A stretch of DNA of 64,000 nucleotides. Source: Eledone cirrhosa. Its lineage: Eukaryota. Below the pieces are notes generated by a model, which saw only the letters and a program-made list of their open reading frames with translations, was not told where the DNA came from and did not search any database. The first letter of the stretch is position 1, and every line of letters begins with the position of its first letter. A program made the position numbers and the translations under genes. Location: contig OZ024746.1 of the NCBI GenBank assembly GCA_964016885.1, forward strand, positions 89,156,001 to 89,220,000, read 5' to 3'. This document shows, piece after piece, positions 1-13,628 of this stretch.

Positions 1-713
1 TCTTTCCCATCTTTTCCACCCCATTTCAACATGACATCACCCAGAATAGGCAGCATAAATGCGCGTGGCTTGGGGTCGTCATGGAAGCAGGGCCACTTGA
101 TCAACGACGTCAGGTCACTAAACATAGATGTAGTGGCCATCAGTGAAACCAGAATCTCCGAAGCACGGGCCTTCGCACCGATCTTCGGCGGCTACGATGT
201 GTACGCATCTCCCAGCCGTCCTGGATCGGGGGGAGGAGCTGCTGTGTTTTTTCGGAAAGGTTTGGATCTCGCCATACGGGCCATCTTCCTGGACCCAGAA
301 GGTAAGTTGGTGGTGCTGAACGTGACCAGCGGAGACGGGCATACTTTCAGGCTAGTGGCCGTCTATGCCCCGACAGGAGCAGGGCGGCCTGATTTCTTCC
401 GGCGTCTGGAGACCTTTCTTGGAACGTCCCGCACTTTAGTGTTAGTGGGCGACTGGAACGGGATCTTAGATGCCCGCTGGGACTGTGTGGGATTAGCGGA
501 TAGGGGAGGAGGGTGCAAGAGCCTCACCACCCTGTCCCTCGGAAGTTTCCCACCTATTGGGGAATTTTTCATTGTTATTTTTTGTTACATCCTCTATTTT
601 TTTTTTTTTTTACACGCAGAAATGCCCATTTATACCGTCCTGTATTGTCCTGTGCTGTCCTTAATGTCTACTTTATGTAAACCCTTGTGGTTAATAAAGA
701 AAGCATTATTAAT
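1..713 (+). mobile_element. Internally deleted L1/Tx1-type LINE: APE endonuclease N-terminus fused directly to the 3' UTR
   Basis: 31-533 encodes SINARGL..AISETR..VAVYAP..LVGDWNGILD (APE motifs), homologous to 57936-58435. 533-710 is the reverse complement of the LINE 3' UTR at 45236-45405 and ends AATAAAgaaagcattatt. Confidence 0.9.
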
Positions 714-734
714 AGTAAAAGTATTAGTATTAGT

Positions 735-922
735 AATGGTGATTATCGTGACTATAATGACCTTGGTAATCATCACAATAGCATAATCGTGATAATGATA
801 ACAGTAATGACGATAATGATTGTGATGATGATGATAATGATAATGATGATGATGTCGATGATGATAATGATGATGATAATGACGATGACAATGGTGATGC
901 TGATGATGATAATGATGATGAC

Positions 923-953
<31 letters not shown>

Positions 954-1426
954 ATGATGAGTAGGATTGCCATGTTCGTCAACCCCAGCATGTTCTTAAT
1001 TATCATTGCAACAATAATAATAATCATCATCATCATCACCATCATCACCATCATCACTATCAACATCATCATCATCATCATCATCACCACCATCATCACC
1101 ATCATCATCATCATCACCATCACCATCATCACCATCATCACCACCATTACCATCATCACCATCATCATCATCATCATCATCACCATCACCATCACCATCA
1201 TCACCATCATCATCATCATCATCACCATCACCATCACCATCATCATCATCACCATCATCACCACCATCACCACCATCATCACCATCATCATCATCATCAC
1301 CACCATCACCATCATCACCATCATCACCATCATCACCACCATCATCACCACCATCATCATCATCACCATCTCCATCATCACCATCATCTCCATCATCACC
1401 ATCATCACCATCATCACCATCATCAC

Positions 1427-1461
<35 letters not shown>

Positions 1462-1599
1462 CCATCACCATCATCATTACAATACTAATAAAGATTAGCT
1501 ATGTCATCATAGAACTCTTTCATCGTTAATATAATCATTATTTTTTTGCTATCATCTTTGTTATTCACATATTCATCACTATGATGATGATGATGATGG

Positions 1600-1650
<51 letters not shown>

Positions 1651-1960
1651 CTATCATCAATAATATCATGGTCATGGTGGTCTTTTAATCATCATCAGCA
1701 GCAGCAATATTAGCTCTCGTCAACATCATCTTCATCGCCTTTATCATCATGATGATCATGATGATCACCATCACCATCACCATCACCACCATCACCATCA
1801 CCATCACCATAACCACCATCACCATCACCATCACCATCACCATAACCACCATCACCATCACCATCACCATCACCACCACCATCACCGTCATCATCATCAC
1901 CATCATCTTCAACATTATCATCATCATCATCATCAGTGATATGGTCATCACGTTCAACAT
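735..1960. repeat. Compound (ATG)n / (ATC,ACC)n trinucleotide microsatellite
   Basis: Directly visible; explains the Met/Ile/Thr-rich ORFs 687-1529, 773-1477 and 1685-2023. Confidence 0.97.
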
Positions 1961-2019
1961 AGCTGTATAATCATTACCATCCCACCCTTCGCCCTTTTTC
2001 ACCATCATCATCATCACCC

Positions 2020-3080
2020 ACAACCACCACCACCCGCACTCCCAGCACTACCACCACCAGCACCACCACCAGCACCACTACAACCACCACCACCACCATC
2101 CCTATTCCCACCATCACTACCAACAACAGCAGCACTACTACTACCAGCACCACCACAACCATCACCACCACTACCAACAACACTAGCACTACTACTACCA
2201 GCACCACCACAACCATCACCACCACTACCAACAACACTAGCACTACTACTACCAGCACCACCACAACCATCACCACCACTACCAACAACACTAGCACTAC
2301 TACTACCAGCACCACCACCACTACTAGTACCAGCACCACCACAACTATCCCCACCATCACTACCAACACCACCACCACCACCAGCACTACTAGTACCAGC
2401 ACCACCACAACTATCCCCACCATCACTACCAGCACCACCACCACTACTAGTACCAGCACCACCACAACTATCCCCACCATCACTACCAACACCACCACCA
2501 CCACCAGCACTACTAGTACCAGCACCACCACAACTATCCCCACCATCACTACCAACACCACCACCACCACCACCACTACTAGTACCAGCACCACCACAAC
2601 TATCCCCACCATCACTACCAACACCACCACCACTACTAGTACCAGCACCACCACAACTATCCCCACCATCACTACCAGCACCACCACCACTACTAGTACC
2701 AGCACCACCACAACTATCCCCACCATCACTACCAACACCACCACCACCACCACCACTACTAGTACCAGCACCACCACAACTATCCCCACCATCACTACCA
2801 ACACCACCACCACTACTAGTACCAGCACCACCACAACTATCCCCACCATCACTACCAGCACCACCACCACTACTAGTACCAGCACCACCACAACTATCCC
2901 CACCATCACTACCAACACCACCAGCACCACCAGCACTACTAGTACCAGCACCACCACAACTATCCCCACCATCACTACCAACACCACCACCACCACCACC
3001 ACTACTAGTACCAGCACCACCACAACTATCCCCACCATCACTACCAACACCACCACCCCCACCATCACTACCAACACCAA
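2020..3080. repeat. ACC-derived minisatellite: 48 bp units then ~57-66 bp units (accagcaccaccacaactatccccaccatcactaccaacaccaccaccactactagt)
   Basis: Tandem higher-order units visible by eye; unit length varies in multiples of 3. Confidence 0.95.
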
Positions 3081-3365
3081 TTCCATCATATTCATCACTA
3101 CGTTTAGAAATATTTTTCTTTTGCCCATGAAGAAAGAAATGAAGACTATTTTTTAATATAAGAAATTAACAAACAAAATAAAATAAATCAGATAAAACTA
3201 AAAAAAAAGAGAGAAAAGAAACGAACAAAAATAGGACAAAATAAAAACAAGAATATAATTTAAAACTAGGGTATAAAATAAAGAAAACGGGCAAAACTAA
3301 ATGTTGAGAAAAATATCAAAAACAAAATGAACCACTACCGAATAAAGAGACACCCAACCCATTCC

Positions 3366-3434
<69 letters not shown>

Positions 3435-4886
3435 GAAAAATCAATAGAGTAGAATTTTCGAAGATTTTGTAAAAAAAAAAATGATATGCTAAGTATCGAT
3501 CAAAAGAGATTGCCAAATGGTGATCTCTGTGAAGAAATGAAAATCGATTTGCAATTAAAACAGTAGGTTTGAATTCAATTTGCATATGTTACTGATATTA
3601 GCACAGCTCATTAAGATGCAGTACTGTGGCCTCTTATCAAAATCTTGAGTTGTCGAAACAGATGGTATTGTATTGGGTAGGGTGATTTTTACGGTGGTCG
3701 AGGAATATTAGCGCGTATTCAAACCTAGAAGTTATTGTTGCCTTGTCTGTCACTGACTGCTTCCGATCTTCCGGAGAAGGAAGTAGATCCTGCAAAGAGC
3801 TATAATTCTTTACCATCGTAGCCACAGTGACCGCACTGTAAAACTACTAATTGTTTCATTTCATTACTGTTTGTATTGGTTACAACTAAAAAAAACAAAA
3901 AACGCTTTAGGTTATCACCTTCGCTAAATAAGCATCTTATCGAAGATTCTTTTCAAACAAGAGAATGCCGGATGTTTGTTTGAAACAAATCCATGCATAA
4001 CTTAGTTACTGGGTTAAAATTTTCAAATTCAAATCTCTCTTGGAAGGACTTTAACATAATTCCTTTGGAGACTAATATTGTTGAGTTTATAAAAAATAGT
4101 GCAGTATAATTCTGTATGTTTAATGGATCGTTTTTAGTTCCGAGATAGAATTACCAATATAAGATGTTATAACTTTAAACAAATTGCGAAGGGATAGTAT
4201 AGCAGTTTCACTTTCCTTAAACTGCAAATCTTTTGAAAACTAACATGTTAATGTTTGAGTTAATCATTTTCTAATCGGTCCTTTTACAAATAATATGTCA
4301 ATATTGAATCTATTCATATGAAATCAAAGGTATTTTACAAGGTATTAACTCCAAGGAGTACGGGTGGTGGTGGTCAGGGTAATTTTATGATACCTATGGC
4401 CTTAGGTAGAGGGATCTATTCGAAATATATATTGCAGTCTCAATTTCATGCTGTAAAAACTGGCGATGTGCCTGCGGCCTGTCGGGGGAGGAGTGGGATA
4501 GACGGACAAAGATCGCGTATCTCGAGACCCCCAAAAGGGTCCAAAATGGAGTAAACCTGTTTTAAGGGCAAACGACCAGCTACGAAACCACTATAAGATC
4601 AGATATTTCGTTCAATATTATCAAATACTAGTATATAAACCGTTGCTTTACGGAGAGAGTATGTAAAATTCGGTTTCTTCACAAAATCTAACACATCCAC
4701 GTCTCACGATTATACACACACCCGTATACACACAAATACAGATATGTGAGTGATTGCATATCTATGAATATGTAAGTTTCTATATTTGTGAGTCTGCATT
4801 TAAGTTTAGAACACATGCTTAACGGCCACTTCTATTTATGTGTGGCCTGCAAATGTCACCAACCTCACACATACACACACATAGAG

Positions 4887-4952
<66 letters not shown>

Positions 4953-5995
4953 ATAGGCACAGCAGACCCATATTTTCACACACACACACTAATAGATAGG
5001 TAGCTAGAAATAAAAATTTAGAAACAGACAGATAACACCGTTGGCAGAAAAATTGAACCCTGACATTAATAAAACCACGTTAGAACATTTCGAATATTTT
5101 TGAGACTGACTTTTAATTGAATTACATGAAAGTTAAAATAAAAATCTTTGAATGATTTTCTTAAATTCTAGTGTTCGTGTGTGACAGATGGCAAAGTAAA
5201 CATACAACCGTTACAATATAAATTATCATCAGAATGTAAGATAAATTATGGAAGAAGATGACATTTAGCTACATGCAGTTTTTTCTTTGTTGGAAAAATT
5301 ACTGAACATTTTTGAAAACATTTTGACTCTTGCTATTCCAGTAAAGAAAGCGAAATACAACTTGTCAAGTGAATAATTCTCCAGATATATCACATAGGGA
5401 ATGTGCAGTTTAACATCAAAATATATTTTATAAGAAAATAGTGCATTTATAGTTTCTATATTGTACATTAATCAACTTGGAGATATACATTAGATAAAGT
5501 GCTACACATATCTACATTTGCTTAACTGATATAATCGAGCTAAAAATGGAAGATTCTACGTGGTTACTCAGTCTGCAAGAAACAACAGTCATATACTTCA
5601 CTAATATTTTGAAAAATGAAAGGAAATACTGGATAATTTAGTATTCAATACACAATGTCTGAAAAGAATGACTGAAAGATCCTAGCTGTAACAGCTTAGA
5701 CTTGAAATCAGTTCGATTAGAGCTGAACTGAAGATAATAATAAGAAAACGGTATATTTTAGATGTGGCAATTAAAGTAATTCGAATGATGAAGTTCTAGT
5801 GTAGTAATTCAATCGTGTGAGTTCGGCGACAGACGAGGCTTCGCTATCCAACATACTGAAGAGCGCAAGCGGTAGAAATATCAGCCACCTTCCAATATGT
5901 TTGTCATCGAGAGATCGCTCACATTTCCAGGTCTCTCCCTCTTTCACTCTCTCCCTCTCTCTTTCTCTCTCTCTCTCCCTCTATCTATCTATCTA

Positions 5996-6069
<74 letters not shown>

Positions 6070-6682
6070 TATAAATATATAAATAATGTAATGTTCCATC
6101 TTGTTACCCATAGGCAGATCTCACATAATGCAGCCTCGACAGAAGAATATTGCTCGCCTATGGCAGACAATAGATATACCCAGGACACCATAGTGAAATA
6201 GCAATATATAGAAAATTACATTCATATAACCATCTTTTTACCTTAATTTATATTCCTTTTGAAGTTCCGATGAACTTCTCCAATTTTACCTAAGTTAATT
6301 GTTTTCAACTGAACCAGACCAGATCAATAATGATCTATAATCATTTGATCCAGAAACATATGTAGTAGCGAAACAATTGTAAACGGACATTATTAGTATT
6401 ATTATTATTATTATTCTCTACATTCCTTACATTAAACTAAAATTATGTTGACAATCTTTTAATAATGTCTTCCTTGTGAAATTTGTGGTCTTGTTTCGCT
6501 TAACTAATGAATATTTTCAGCTCTGTGCATCTAACCTCTGCATGAACCCAGCCACCTAGCTGCCTTCCACTGCATATTGCACATTGAGCACATGCCTTTA
6601 CGCTTTGGCTTCTAACTAATTCACCAATCTCTCTTCTCCTCTCCTATCTCCATCTCTCTCTTTAAGATTTGTTACTCTTGAA

Positions 6683-6723
<41 letters not shown>

Positions 6724-6732
6724 CAAATTAAC

Positions 6733-6849
<117 letters not shown>

Positions 6850-6869
6850 CACTTAGAGAACATTAGTCT

Positions 6870-7140
6870 ACGACCTCTTTTATACCATAAACGTGGTTCT
6901 GTCCTTGCACGTAATTGTTTTTCACCGCTCCTATTATTAACGTATTATTCGTTTTTTCCCGTTCTTTGCCAGCGAACGTCACCATGAACCAAAGTATCGT
7001 CTTCCTGTCTTCCTCCGGTTGCAACGTTTTTTGAAATATCCAGTTCTGCGTTTACAGATTGACTTTGTTAGTTTCAGAAGATCCCGTTAAGGGTGAAAGC
7101 AGCGATTCTTTGCTTAAACTTTAATCTGTTATTTTAATAA
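6870..7140. repeat. Dispersed repeat family flanked by (TA)n; other copies at 35175-35445, 35588-35700 and 38272-38327 (reverse)
   Basis: Shared ataccataaacgtgg...ccaaagtatcgtcttcctg...gtttcagaagatcc...gaaagcagcgattctttgcttaaact. Confidence 0.85.
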
Positions 7141-7247
7141 ATATATATATATATATATATATATTCATATATATATATATGTGTGTGTGTGTGTATATAT
7201 ATAAACTATTGAGGAAATTCAATATATTTGGACTCCTGTCATTTTAT

Positions 7248-7330
<83 letters not shown>

Positions 7331-7515
7331 AAAAAGAAAATGTTCGCTCTACATGGCTGAATAAAATAAATGTAATCTGAGTTTTTCGAATATTAATAAT
7401 AAAATTCCATTCGTTTGCGATTATGCAATCAAGCCTCAATTTTATAGCCATGTCAGTAGAATGAACCCTTCATTCTTGCTCTTGCGTTTGTCATTTATCG
7501 CTCGTATACGGGAAA

Positions 7516-7626
7516 CTGACTCGCCAGTCTGCTGATATGCAAATCTGGCTGATCAGTGGATCTGCTAATATGCAGATCTGACTGATCAGCCAGTCTGTTA
7601 ATATGCAAATCAGGCTGATCAGTCAG
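7516..7626. repeat. ~3.3 copies of a 33 bp tandem repeat containing ATGCAAAT
   Basis: Unit ctgatcagccagtctgctaatatgcaaatctgg; two copies carry an exact ATGCAAAT. Confidence 0.85.
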
Positions 7627-7695
7627 TGCGTATTTTTAAATATAGCATATATTTTCACTAGCTCTGACAGTTTGGCAGGTGAACAGTGAGCTGTA

Positions 7696-7724
7696 CTGAT
7701 GAAGGGTGATACCCAGAAACGTTA
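7696..7724 (+). ncRNA. Minimal hammerhead ribozyme motif
   Basis: CTGATGA-a-gggt-gat-accc-a-GAAA-cg-TT; palindromic aacgtt stem III; stem I imperfect. Confidence 0.65.
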
Positions 7725-7866
7725 GTGTATGCACTTCTGTTCACATGCCAACACAAGAGCAAGAATGAAGGGTTCATTCTACTGACATGGCTATAAAATT
7801 GAGGCTTGTTTGCATAATTGCAAACGAATCGAATGTTATTATTAATATTCGAAAAACTCAGATAAA

Positions 7867-7941
<75 letters not shown>

Positions 7942-8199
7942 CACATGCATACACATATATGTATGTATATATGTATGCATGTATGTATGTATAAACGCAT
8001 GTATATGTATATATGTATGCATGTATGTATGTATCAATCTATAAACGTTGGTTATGATGATAATATGCAGCCATTATTTCCTTATAATGGGTTTTCTTAT
8101 AATTACCGCAATATAGGTTTGAAGTCGACATTGAAATATCCGAAGTCCGGCTCGATTGCTTAGTTCTACAACTATTTACAGCAATGTTTACAATGCTCA

Positions 8200-8385
8200 T
8201 CATAACCGAAATTCTATGCGGTTGTTTGATCTGCTAGACACAGGGTGTAAATATCCTATCAATTCACACCTTACTATATTAAAAAAAGGACAAAGTATTG
8301 GTTAATATAATCTTAGACATATGTTAAGAGAACAATGTCTGGATAGTCAGGCATTAAACATTTTGATCATAAGTCTACTTAGCTA
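8200..8385 (+). repeat. Old dispersed repeat, probably SINE-derived; related copy at ~20365-20515
   Basis: Visual similarity between the two loci (gaaat..tatgcggt..ctgc..ga...aat.tagt...tttgat). Confidence 0.45.
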
Positions 8386-8456
8386 TAGAACAACATCAAC
8401 ATCAACGTTCAGCAAACTGGACATGCTTATTAAGCAAACATGGTTGGAAGAGAGAG

Positions 8457-8541
<85 letters not shown>

Positions 8542-8747
8542 AGATAAAAGATAAAAAGATGGATAGAGAAACATATATATATATATAGAGAGAGAGAGGG
8601 TGAGAAGGGAGGACAGAAAGAGAGAAAAAGATAAAAAGATGGATAGAGAAACAGATATATATATATATATATATATATAAGAGAGAGATAAAAGGAGAGA
8701 AAATAGAGAGAAGGAGAGATAAAGTGGAGAAAGAGGGGGATAAGATA

Positions 8748-8808
<61 letters not shown>

Positions 8809-9477
8809 TGTGTGAAATGAAATTGCTGTGTTCAGAGACTAAATACGAAACAGCCAACTCTGTTTTTCCAATCAGATCATTTAAAACAGATGAAAGGAGA
8901 ATTAACAAAGGGAAATCGATAAGAGGTTTGATGGTTTTATAATACCGAGATAGAAATATTATTTTTTTTAAATCTAGGAAAATGAAGTTAAGATAAAGAA
9001 TTACTATTGTTTCAGGTTTTTAATTTCGAATTGATTGCCTTCTTTGAATTGTTCTCTTCACGAAGACGACAGGAACGGACGAGTAAACAAGCAAAGAAAT
9101 ATTCAGAAGCCCCCTAAAACAACAACAAATAAACATTGCTCTGTCTGGATTATACTGCAATAGAGTTAAAAAATTAAAAACCAAATTTTGCTCGTGTTTA
9201 AAGCTTGTTTATGTGAAGTTATAATTTTCTATTTTGCGCCATCCGCATCGAAATATATGGTAATATATACCAAAATAGTCATTTAGAAACGGAACAATAA
9301 AATATATAATACCATAAAGAACTATCAAGAAGCTCAGATGTTAAATATATTCGAAATTAGTAATAAAGAAAAAAATGTTTTGAATTTCAATATATACCAA
9401 TACACATACACACACAACTAATACTTATATATATATATATCTGCAACAACTTATATATATATTATATATCTACAAAA

Positions 9478-9518
<41 letters not shown>

Positions 9519-10750
9519 CTACAAAAGCATTTATATATGTATATTGTAGGAAACAAAATGAAGGAAAAAGAAAAATAGATTTCTTTGGTAATTGTAGGAA
9601 GAATTTGAAATAAAAATAACAAAGGAATGAAGTAAGAGAACACAACATTTTGAAAAGATAGTTGACAAACTAAAATGATAAGAAAAGAATTGAACAAAAC
9701 CAATTCTTTAGGAAGACTACAAAAGTTAAAGAGCCAAAATAGAATGCGAATATTTTTATAGCTAATACACATTTAGTACATTTTTGCAATTGATAATAGT
9801 ACTTCATGTTTTTTATCTTTTAATATCTATATAAGCTATACGAACAATTTCATATTCTGAATGATTGGAAAATTATAGGTATTAAGGAAATTGTAAATGT
9901 TATATAGAAATTTTGTAGATTGATTTTTTGTTATGAAAACTTTTGGTTGTATTTAAATAAAGAAAACAGAAAACGTAAAATAGACTGTAAAATATAGAAT
10001 CTAATTTAAATCAATATCTCTGTTTTATTGTATAGTCAGAAATAGTCAGCATTTAAAAGGAATTAGAACTGAGTAGATTGCGATGTTCATGCTTTTCGTA
10101 TTAGGGGAAGGATAATTCAAACTAACTGTTTTTAAACGGTAAGCTAAAACATATAGAAAATTAAAGGAATTGGATGCTAAACGCAGCACATCGTCACATG
10201 GTATAAAGGAGATATCAGTGAGTATCAACACTGGGTTGTATGATCAATTTTCTGGGTATTCATCTTTTACATTAGAAACTTTGGCGTCAAATTATCTGGG
10301 AGCACATTTTAGTATCTCATAACTTGACATATTTCCTATGTTATTAGCTTCCAAAATGTACTATTAGCTTCCAAAATGTACCATTATGCAATCCTTATAA
10401 TATTATACGTATTGTTTGATTGAATTACTGTCAATGATTCAGTTACAAAACAAGTTTGATTGACTTCAGTTTTATTTCCATATCACTGTTTCTCTACACA
10501 TCCTGATTTTCTCTGATAATGTTTCTTTAATCCAGTGACTATCATTCATTTCAGATTTTGTGTCTTCTGAATATCAAAAGTATATATAGAATTCACTTCC
10601 TCAAGCTTATAAAACAAATAGATAATTTCATTTTAGGGAGGCTTATTCGGACATGCAATACACACACATACTCTTATATATATATATATATATAGATATA
10701 TATCAAGGGGTACAGTCCATATATGGTCATGCAGTTAAAGCAAAAATAAG

Positions 10751-10799
10751 TTCAGTTAGATCCCCGCCCTTCTATTAGAAGGGCGGGTATCTAGTTGAA
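10751..10799. other. GC-rich near-perfect hairpin
   Basis: ttcagttagatccccgcccttct-att-agaagggcgggtatctagttgaa. Confidence 0.9.
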
Positions 10800-11009
10800 T
10801 AAAAATAACAGGTGCATTCATGTTGACATCTCTTGCAAAACTGTTGTTGCTGGCGTTTTGTGTATGATTTATTTTTTAGAAAAATGAATGATGGAGCGCG
10901 TCTACCTGAAATGGAAAAAAAAACATTTACCCTACCACTCCAGCGACATATCCTCCATTCCTTGTTTATCCTCTCTTCTGACCTCCACGACCTCCTGCTT
11001 GGGCTATAC

Positions 11010-11056
<47 letters not shown>

Positions 11057-11116
11057 TATACAGAAAAACATTCTCCCTAAAAATAATTTTGTTCTGTGAA
11101 AAGGCACATGTACCAT

Positions 11117-11117
<1 letters not shown>

Positions 11118-11149
<32 letters not shown>

Positions 11150-11155
11150 AACAAC

Positions 11156-11188
<33 letters not shown>

Positions 11189-11293
11189 ACTACTACTACT
11201 ACAACAACAACTACTACTACTACAACAACAACAACAACAACACCGACAACAACAACAACAACAACAACTACTACTACTACAACAACAACGACA

Positions 11294-11354
<61 letters not shown>

Positions 11355-11382
11355 TTACTACTACTACTACTACTACTACTAT
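11118..11382. repeat. (CTA)n/(CAA)n microsatellite
   Basis: Directly visible. Confidence 0.97.
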
Positions 11383-11883
11383 GACAACCTCTCTCTCTAT
11401 ATATAAGGTTTCACTTTAGACCCAGTTTTCTCAACAAGAAAATGAACACACCTTCTTCAACACTTAATTTTAAATTTTATATTTTTAATTCTTCTTAATT
11501 CTTCTTAATTGTAATATTCAGAATCTGATAAGATGGATTACACCGATACATGGAAACCGTTTATATTTTATATATTTTATATATATTATAAAACTCCTTT
11601 TTAAAAAAAAAATTGTTCCTCTCATTTTTTCAATAATGTCACTCGACGAATCAAAAAGAAAAAAAAAACTGATCCTTTAAATATATTTTCCGTGCTGTTT
11701 CCAATTCCACGTTTTCTCTATAATCTATATTTTCTATAGAACGAACCTTACTCCCTTTTCATATATATATATATATATCATAGATTGAGTTAGAAACTCA
11801 AAATAGTCTTTTACAGTTAAATAGCTCATTTGCAATTGGAACACATGCATTATTATATCTGTGTTCATGCTTCTCATATATCC

Positions 11884-11914
<31 letters not shown>

Positions 11915-12374
11915 CTTATACGCAAATACACGCATATATATTAGAATAATTAAGGTAAATTTAAAGTAGATAAAAGTGCGCTGTGATTAGAAAGAAGTGT
12001 CAACATTTTCCACTATTCCATCTGTACACAAAAAATATAAGCACCTTTATGAATTTAGTGGAATATTTTATGTTTACTAGACGATATTTACACAATGATT
12101 CTGTCCACACAAAGATCTTTTTATACCGTCACTATGTATTCCCCAAAAGATGGAAGATCACACTAAATTGGTCAGTCTAATTTGGATGACGGGCACTCGT
12201 TTGGAAACGTAATTAATTGATTAACATTTATGGCAGAGCATAAATATAGATATGGTGCGGAATTCTAGTATATATGTGCATCCATATTTATTTATCTATT
12301 ATGTAATCTGTACAGAACAGAGAGATAAAAATAGAAGGGCCAACGGGAGACAAAAGAAGCATAAAAGAAATAAT

Positions 12375-12559
12375 TGTTTCTACTTTAGGCACAAGGCCAG
12401 CAATTACTCAGTACATTACTGGTACTTTATTTTATCGAACCCGTAAGGATGAAAGGCAAAGTTAACCTCGGCGGGATTTGAACTCAGACTGTAAAGGGAC
12501 GTAACTATGCTAGAAAGCATGGCGTCCGACCCTTTACCGATACTGCCAATCCACCGCCC
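12375..12559 (-). mobile_element. tRNA-derived SINE (short subtype), full length, with 18 bp TSD
   Basis: Minus strand: A box tggcagtatcgg, B box gagttcaaatcc, body gcctttcatcctt..tcgataaaataaagtaccag, 3' end ccttgtgcctaaagtagaaaca. TSD aagcataaaagaaataat at 12357-12374 and 12560-12577. Confidence 0.95.
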
Positions 12560-12619
12560 AAGCATAAAAGAAATAATAAGGTGAAAAACAAGGGCAGCTC
12601 TAAAGCAACTAAAATTTCA

Positions 12620-13440
12620 GTTCTTGAATCTTTTCGAAGCTACATGCACTGAAATGTCTTGTTTATGGAGAGTAGATCTTTGACAAAATATTGTGCCTCA
12701 AATTCTGGTAGCTTTTTAATGGTCAGATTTATGATGTCCTCTCTGACCGGTAGTTTTCTGCATTGGACCAAATAGTATAATAGATTTTCTGAGCAGTCTC
12801 ACAATATAGAGGTGATTCTCTACATCCTGTTCATAATAAAATACAGTTCAATGGTGTATAGCCCGTTCGAAACCAGCATAGACTTTGTATATTAACAGTT
12901 TTCAGTGTGTGACATGTTTTAAATGTTGGCAGATCTGGCTGAGATAGTGGAGGAATGAAATTTGAGAACTTATCTCTAGATTCTTCGTCCAAATTTTCCT
13001 ACACTTGACTAAATATATTTGTGATAAATGATTTTTCTTGCGATAGATTGGGAATGCAGTTTATATCTATTTTCTTTTGTGCTCCCTCCTTGCTAATTCA
13101 TCAGCCTTCTCCCTTCCCCTCATATCCACATAGCCTGTTATTTTGTTATTTCTTAAATATTTTCTGAAAGATAGTTTTTTATTGTTAGAAGAACACTGTC
13201 AATATCTCTAACACGATCTCGTTTTCTTGATTGAAATATTTCTAGGTTTAATACCTAGGTTTCCAGTAAATAGGAAACCTTGGAATTTTTTAGCTGAAAT
13301 TATTTTGTGAAATCTGAAGCTCATATCACTTATTATTTTCCAATGACCAAGTATCTTCCCACCATACTCCATCGTATGAATGTACAACATCGGTATAACT
13401 GACTCTGTTGTTAAAACTGATTGAGTGTGTGATATTGTCA
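12620..13440 (-). pseudogene. Decayed RNase H + zinc-knuckle 3' region of an I/Nimb/Tad-like LINE
   Basis: Hand translation on minus: SYTDVV..DGV (YTDGS-like), GYVDMRGREKADELARRE (GH.GI.GNE.AD.LA-like), FRTGYTPLN..*TGCRESPLYC (RLRTGH..LN...SP.C-like); many stops. Confidence 0.6.
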
Positions 13441-13628
13441 TGGAATTCGTTTGATTCCTCCATTGAGTTTTAATCGTTATTTTAAACGATTTTAATTGCT
13501 TTACTTACGGAGGAAGCTACAAATCATGTTATGAAAATATAAGCGTGCGTGTGTGTGTGCTGTTATAAACCAGACTAAGCTATATGAGGAATATATGGAT
13601 TACTTGTATTATAATGTTTTATTGCACA

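Larger units (their letters stand above)
7366..7872 (+). mobile_element. Fold-back element (Penelope-like terminus) with ~128 bp inverted arms between (TA)n tracts
   Basis: 7366-7494 is the reverse complement of 7745-7872. The spacer holds a 33 bp tandem repeat and a hammerhead motif. Confidence 0.8.

Noticed and set aside
2320-3060. Repeat array resembling a CRISPR
   Set aside because: Contiguous tandem units with no unique spacers, no cas genes, eukaryotic context.
687-3128. Long Met/Ile/Val-rich ORFs
   Set aside because: Translations of trinucleotide repeats that lack stops by composition.
5856-5885. CTGAAGA..GAAA possible hammerhead
   Set aside because: Stem II is not adjacent to GAAA and there is no stem I.
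12375-12559. tRNA gene
   Set aside because: A and B boxes are present, but spacing is extended and no cloverleaf is evident; the shared body, tail and TSDs indicate a SINE.
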